Shown here piece after piece: positions 39,308 through 41,151 of a DNA stretch of 41,151 nt. Under the pieces are notes generated by a model, which saw only the letters and a program-made list of their open reading frames with translations, searched no databases and was not told where the DNA came from. Numbering within the stretch: position 1 is the first letter of the stretch; every line of letters begins with the position of its first letter. The translations under genes and the position numbers were made by a program. The stretch comes from a virus, in the IMG/VR virus record IMGVR_UViG_3300045136_000406. The stretch is one strand, 5' to 3'.

Positions 39308-39940
39308 TCACGCGCGGCCCGCCCTGATCGCCAGCCCCAGCGCCTCGCGCGCCGCGGCCAGGTCCTCCTCCAGCTGGCGCACTCGCTCGAGCAGCGCCAG
39401 CGCCACGCGCGGGTTCCAGGCGGCGATGTGCCGCGCGTCGCACTCGGCGAGGTCCTCCACCACGACGAGGAGCAGTCCCTCTTCGTCGTCCTCGTGGTCG
39501 GGCGATTCGGCCACGACGCGCGCAGGCACCCCGCCCGCCATGCCCGCCTCCTCGTCGGTCAGTGCGTGCTGGTAGGTCCAGGGGCCAGGCGTGGCCGCGC
39601 GGGCGACCGTCTCCAGCAGCGCCAGGTCCACCACCGTGTCGGTCATTGCTCCTCCTCCTCCGCTGGGCGCGGGCTGACGGCGAGAAGCGCATTGCATTGC
39701 GCTATCTCGAACCATCGCGAGCGCCCCCTCCAGCGCCGCGATGCGTCGGAGGGCAGCGTCGCGCTCGGAGATCACCTCGCCCAGCGTCTCGCGCACGGCA
39801 TCGCGCTGCAGCTCGGCGATCTGGAGCGCACGGCGGGCGGCGGCACGGGCGCTCGCGAGCCGATCGACCAGGCGATACTCCAGATCGCGGGGGTTTCCCT
39901 CCATCAGCACCCTCAGGTCCGCGTCACTCAGCATGCTCAT
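39308..39940 (-). CDS. Ead/Ea22-like protein with N-terminal coiled coil (210 aa)
   Basis: ATG at 39940 (residue 37 of the track ORF, ATGA overlap). ...AATPGPWTYQ... and ...CDARHIAAWNPRVALALLERVRQLEEDL are Ea22-family hallmarks. Confidence 0.6.
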   Translation of the reverse strand: MSMLSDADLRVLMEGNPRDLEYRLVDRLASARAAARRALQIAELQRDAVRETLGEVISERDAALRRIAALEGALAMVRDSAMQCASRRQPAPSGGGGAMTDTVVDLALLETVARAATPGPWTYQHALTDEEAGMAGGVPARVVAESPDHEDDEEGLLLVVVEDLAECDARHIAAWNPRVALALLERVRQLEEDLAAAREALGLAIRAGRA

Positions 39941-40314
39941 CGCTGCTCCTCCATCGGGTCGTCCAGCGCCGCGATGCGCAGCGGCGCCGCCAGCAGCTCG
40001 GGGCGGATCAGGATCGCCTCGATCTGGTCCCAGTGCGACGGGCGCCACACGCCGACCCGCAGCCGCCTGCCCGCGAGCAATGCCAGCCAGCGCGTCTGCG
40101 CCGCCGAGAGCCGCCCGCGCTCCCGCTTGAGCTCCACCGCCAGCGCGATCGGCGAGTCGGGGTGGACGAGCAGGAGATCCGGGAAGCCGGGCTCGGAGCG
40201 GCGGCTGTCGCGCGTGTGGTACAGATGCCAGCCCGTGAGGCGGGCGAGGCGGCGCACGCGCTCGAGCAACGCCTCCTCGCTGATCTGGGCCAGCAGGCGC
40301 GGGTCGGCGGTCAC
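39937..40314 (-). CDS. VRR-NUC domain nuclease
   Basis: GTG at 40314 (residue 79 of the track ORF, GTGA overlap). LARLTGWHLYHTRDSRRSEPGFPDLLLVHPDSPIALAVELKRERGRLSAAQTRWL. Confidence 0.75.
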   Translation of the reverse strand: MTADPRLLAQISEEALLERVRRLARLTGWHLYHTRDSRRSEPGFPDLLLVHPDSPIALAVELKRERGRLSAAQTRWLALLAGRRLRVGVWRPSHWDQIEAILIRPELLAAPLRIAALDDPMEEQR

Positions 40315-40568
40315 GCGCGGCCCCGCTGCGTCGATTCTCCGCCCGCAGCGTGCCGCCCCTGGTCGTCGCAGCGGCCCAGGCAGAGATCCCAGACGCTCAC
40401 CGCGCCGCAGAGCCCGCAGTCGTTCCGCTCGCCCGGCTGCGTCGTGCCCTCGCCACCGCACTGCTCGCAGGTCTCCAGCGTCGTGCGGCAGCGGCCGCAG
40501 CGCACGCGGCAGCGCGCCCCAGCGCGGCGGTGGCCAACGAGCAGGCACAGCAGCGAGACCAGGGCCAT
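40311..40568 (-). CDS. Small Cys-rich protein (85 aa) with DnaJ-like CxxCxGxG zinc-finger motif
   Basis: ATG at 40568 (residue 104 of the track ORF, ATGA overlap). CEQCGGEG, CGLCG. Confidence 0.5.
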   Translation of the reverse strand: MALVSLLCLLVGHRRAGARCRVRCGRCRTTLETCEQCGGEGTTQPGERNDCGLCGAVSVWDLCLGRCDDQGRHAAGGESTQRGRA

Positions 40569-40894
40569 CACGGGCGAGCCCTCCACGGATTGCCAGCGGG
40601 AGCGCGGCAGAACGTCATCTCGCCGTTGGCATTGAAGGTGGCGCCCACGCGCCCGTCGGCCATGAGCAGGAGCGCGGAGGCCATGAGCACGGTCTCGCGC
40701 GCCCAGCTCGCCACGCGCAGCAGCTCCTCGTCGCTCATCCCGAGCTCGCCATCGCCCTGCCGCGCCAGCTCCGCGCGTGCCCCGAGCGCGGAGCACAACA
40801 GTTGCGCCAGCGCCCGGCCGGCCTCCTCCTCGTCGTCGCTCGTCAGCGCCTCCGCCCACGCTGGCCAGCCGCGCCACTCCTCAGAACGGCACAT
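40568..40894 (-). CDS. Hypothetical protein (108 aa)
   Basis: ATG at 40894 (residue 66 of the 173-aa track ORF) preceded by GAGGAGGACGAGG. The upstream part of the track ORF runs through the iteron patch. Confidence 0.55.
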   Translation of the reverse strand: MCRSEEWRGWPAWAEALTSDDEEEAGRALAQLLCSALGARAELARQGDGELGMSDEELLRVASWARETVLMASALLLMADGRVGATFNANGEMTFCRAPAGNPWRARP

Positions 40895-41151
40895 CCTCGT
40901 CCTCCTCTTCGAAAATGCTCGGAGAAAATGCGCTCCGAGCATTTTCTGCCTGAGCATTTTCATTTTGTTCGCCGCTCCGCGGCGGCGAACAAAATGCTCG
41001 TAATGGGGGGGTATTAGGGGGGGGAGCATTTTGAGCATTTTCTGAGCCCGCCAGATCCCACGTCCCGACCCGTCCGCGACCGCGCCCACCCTCGACTAAA
41101 ATGCTCCGGCCTGCCCGCGTGAGCTGCGCGAGCTCGCGCCGCGCGCTGCTC
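40881..41151 (-). CDS. Helicase gene, 3' part (41151..41025 duplicates 127..1; unique tail 41024..40884, stop 40883-40881)
   Basis: Continuing the frame of 1..1350 across the junction gives ...SENAQNAPPPNTPPLRAFCSPPRSGEQNENAQAENARSAFSPSIFEEEDEDVPF then TGA. Total 497 aa. Confidence 0.5.
   Translation of the reverse strand, partial: SSARRELAQLTRAGRSILVEGGRGRGRVGTWDLAGSENAQNAPPPNTPPLRAFCSPPRSGEQNENAQAENARSAFSPSIFEEEDEDVPF
40912..41041. repeat. AT-rich iteron/palindrome cluster: 9-mer GAGCATTTT in both orientations plus two inverted repeats
   Basis: GAGCATTTT at 40937, 40952, 41024, 41033. AAAATGCTC at 40912, 40991 (and 41098 = 74). IR AGAAAATGC-N7-GCATTTTCT at 40923-40947. IR CATTTTGTTCGCCGC-N6-GCGGCGAACAAAATG at 40961-40996. 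Confidence 0.85.
41025..41151. repeat. Terminal direct repeat, copy 2 (identical to 1..127)
   Basis: See copy 1. Confidence 0.9.

Noticed and set aside
40568-41089. 173-aa track ORF starting at 41089
   Set aside because: Its first 65 codons are a translation of the iteron/homopolymer patch (KMLKMLPPLIPPHYEHF...). A strong SD (GAGGAGGA) precedes the internal ATG at 40894, which I use as the start.
41025-41151. The terminal repeat as a biological direct terminal repeat or LTR of a mobile element
   Set aside because: A length of exactly 127 nt and a gene reading smoothly through the join fit an assembler overlap on a circular molecule. This cannot be fully excluded without read-end data.
1-41151. 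tRNA, rRNA, reverse transcriptase/DGR, ParA-type partition, toxin-antitoxin of known type, cas genes
   Set aside because: I found no cloverleaf-like segments, no YxDD/RT motifs, no Walker-type ParA, and no cas signatures in any plausible frame. Absence is by eye only and should be confirmed with tRNAscan and HMM searches.

Overview
The window is a complete, circularly closed tailed-phage genome with high GC (about 70% by eye). Bases 1-127 recur exactly at 41025-41151, so the unique sequence is 41,024 bp. One gene, a RepA/DnaB-like helicase, crosses the artificial ends.

Gene layout:
- A switch region at 5787-5898 holds back-to-back sigma70-like promoters and a perfect 14-bp palindrome.
- Rightward from the switch: an XRE repressor-like gene, a remnant of a tyrosine-integrase N-terminus, and about ten small genes (5899-9542).
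- Leftward, on the minus strand and wrapping the origin: Xis/MerR-like HTH, GNAT, small cassettes, OmpR-like regulator, RecT-like annealase, primase zinc-finger protein and helicase. Then VRR-NUC, Ea22-like, an IS110-Tnp-C-like protein, HNH, TerS, ParB-methyltransferase and TerL.
- The leftward operon continues with the virion genes: a portal carrying a LAGLIDADG intein, S49 protease, HK97-type capsid, connectors, two tail-tube paralogues, chaperones, tape measure and tail tip/fibre genes (down to 15277).
- A plus-strand GT-C-like membrane protein (14370-15404) and a minus-strand lysis block (14292-9607: two clan GH-A TIM-barrel hydrolases, a GH25 lysozyme and a holin-like protein) fill the rest.

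Most gene junctions are 1-4 nt start/stop overlaps.

Most unusual:
- Two in-phase arrays of alternating 9-bp boxes on an exact 18-bp register bracket one gene.
- An AT-rich 9-mer iteron/palindrome cluster lies inside the helicase 3' end.
- Two proteins end in SSB-tip-like tails.
- Perfect direct repeats bracket small gene cassettes.

Many long R/A/P/G-rich ORFs in the track are off-frame artefacts of the high GC. All calls come from reading the sequence and ORF track by eye; no searches were run.
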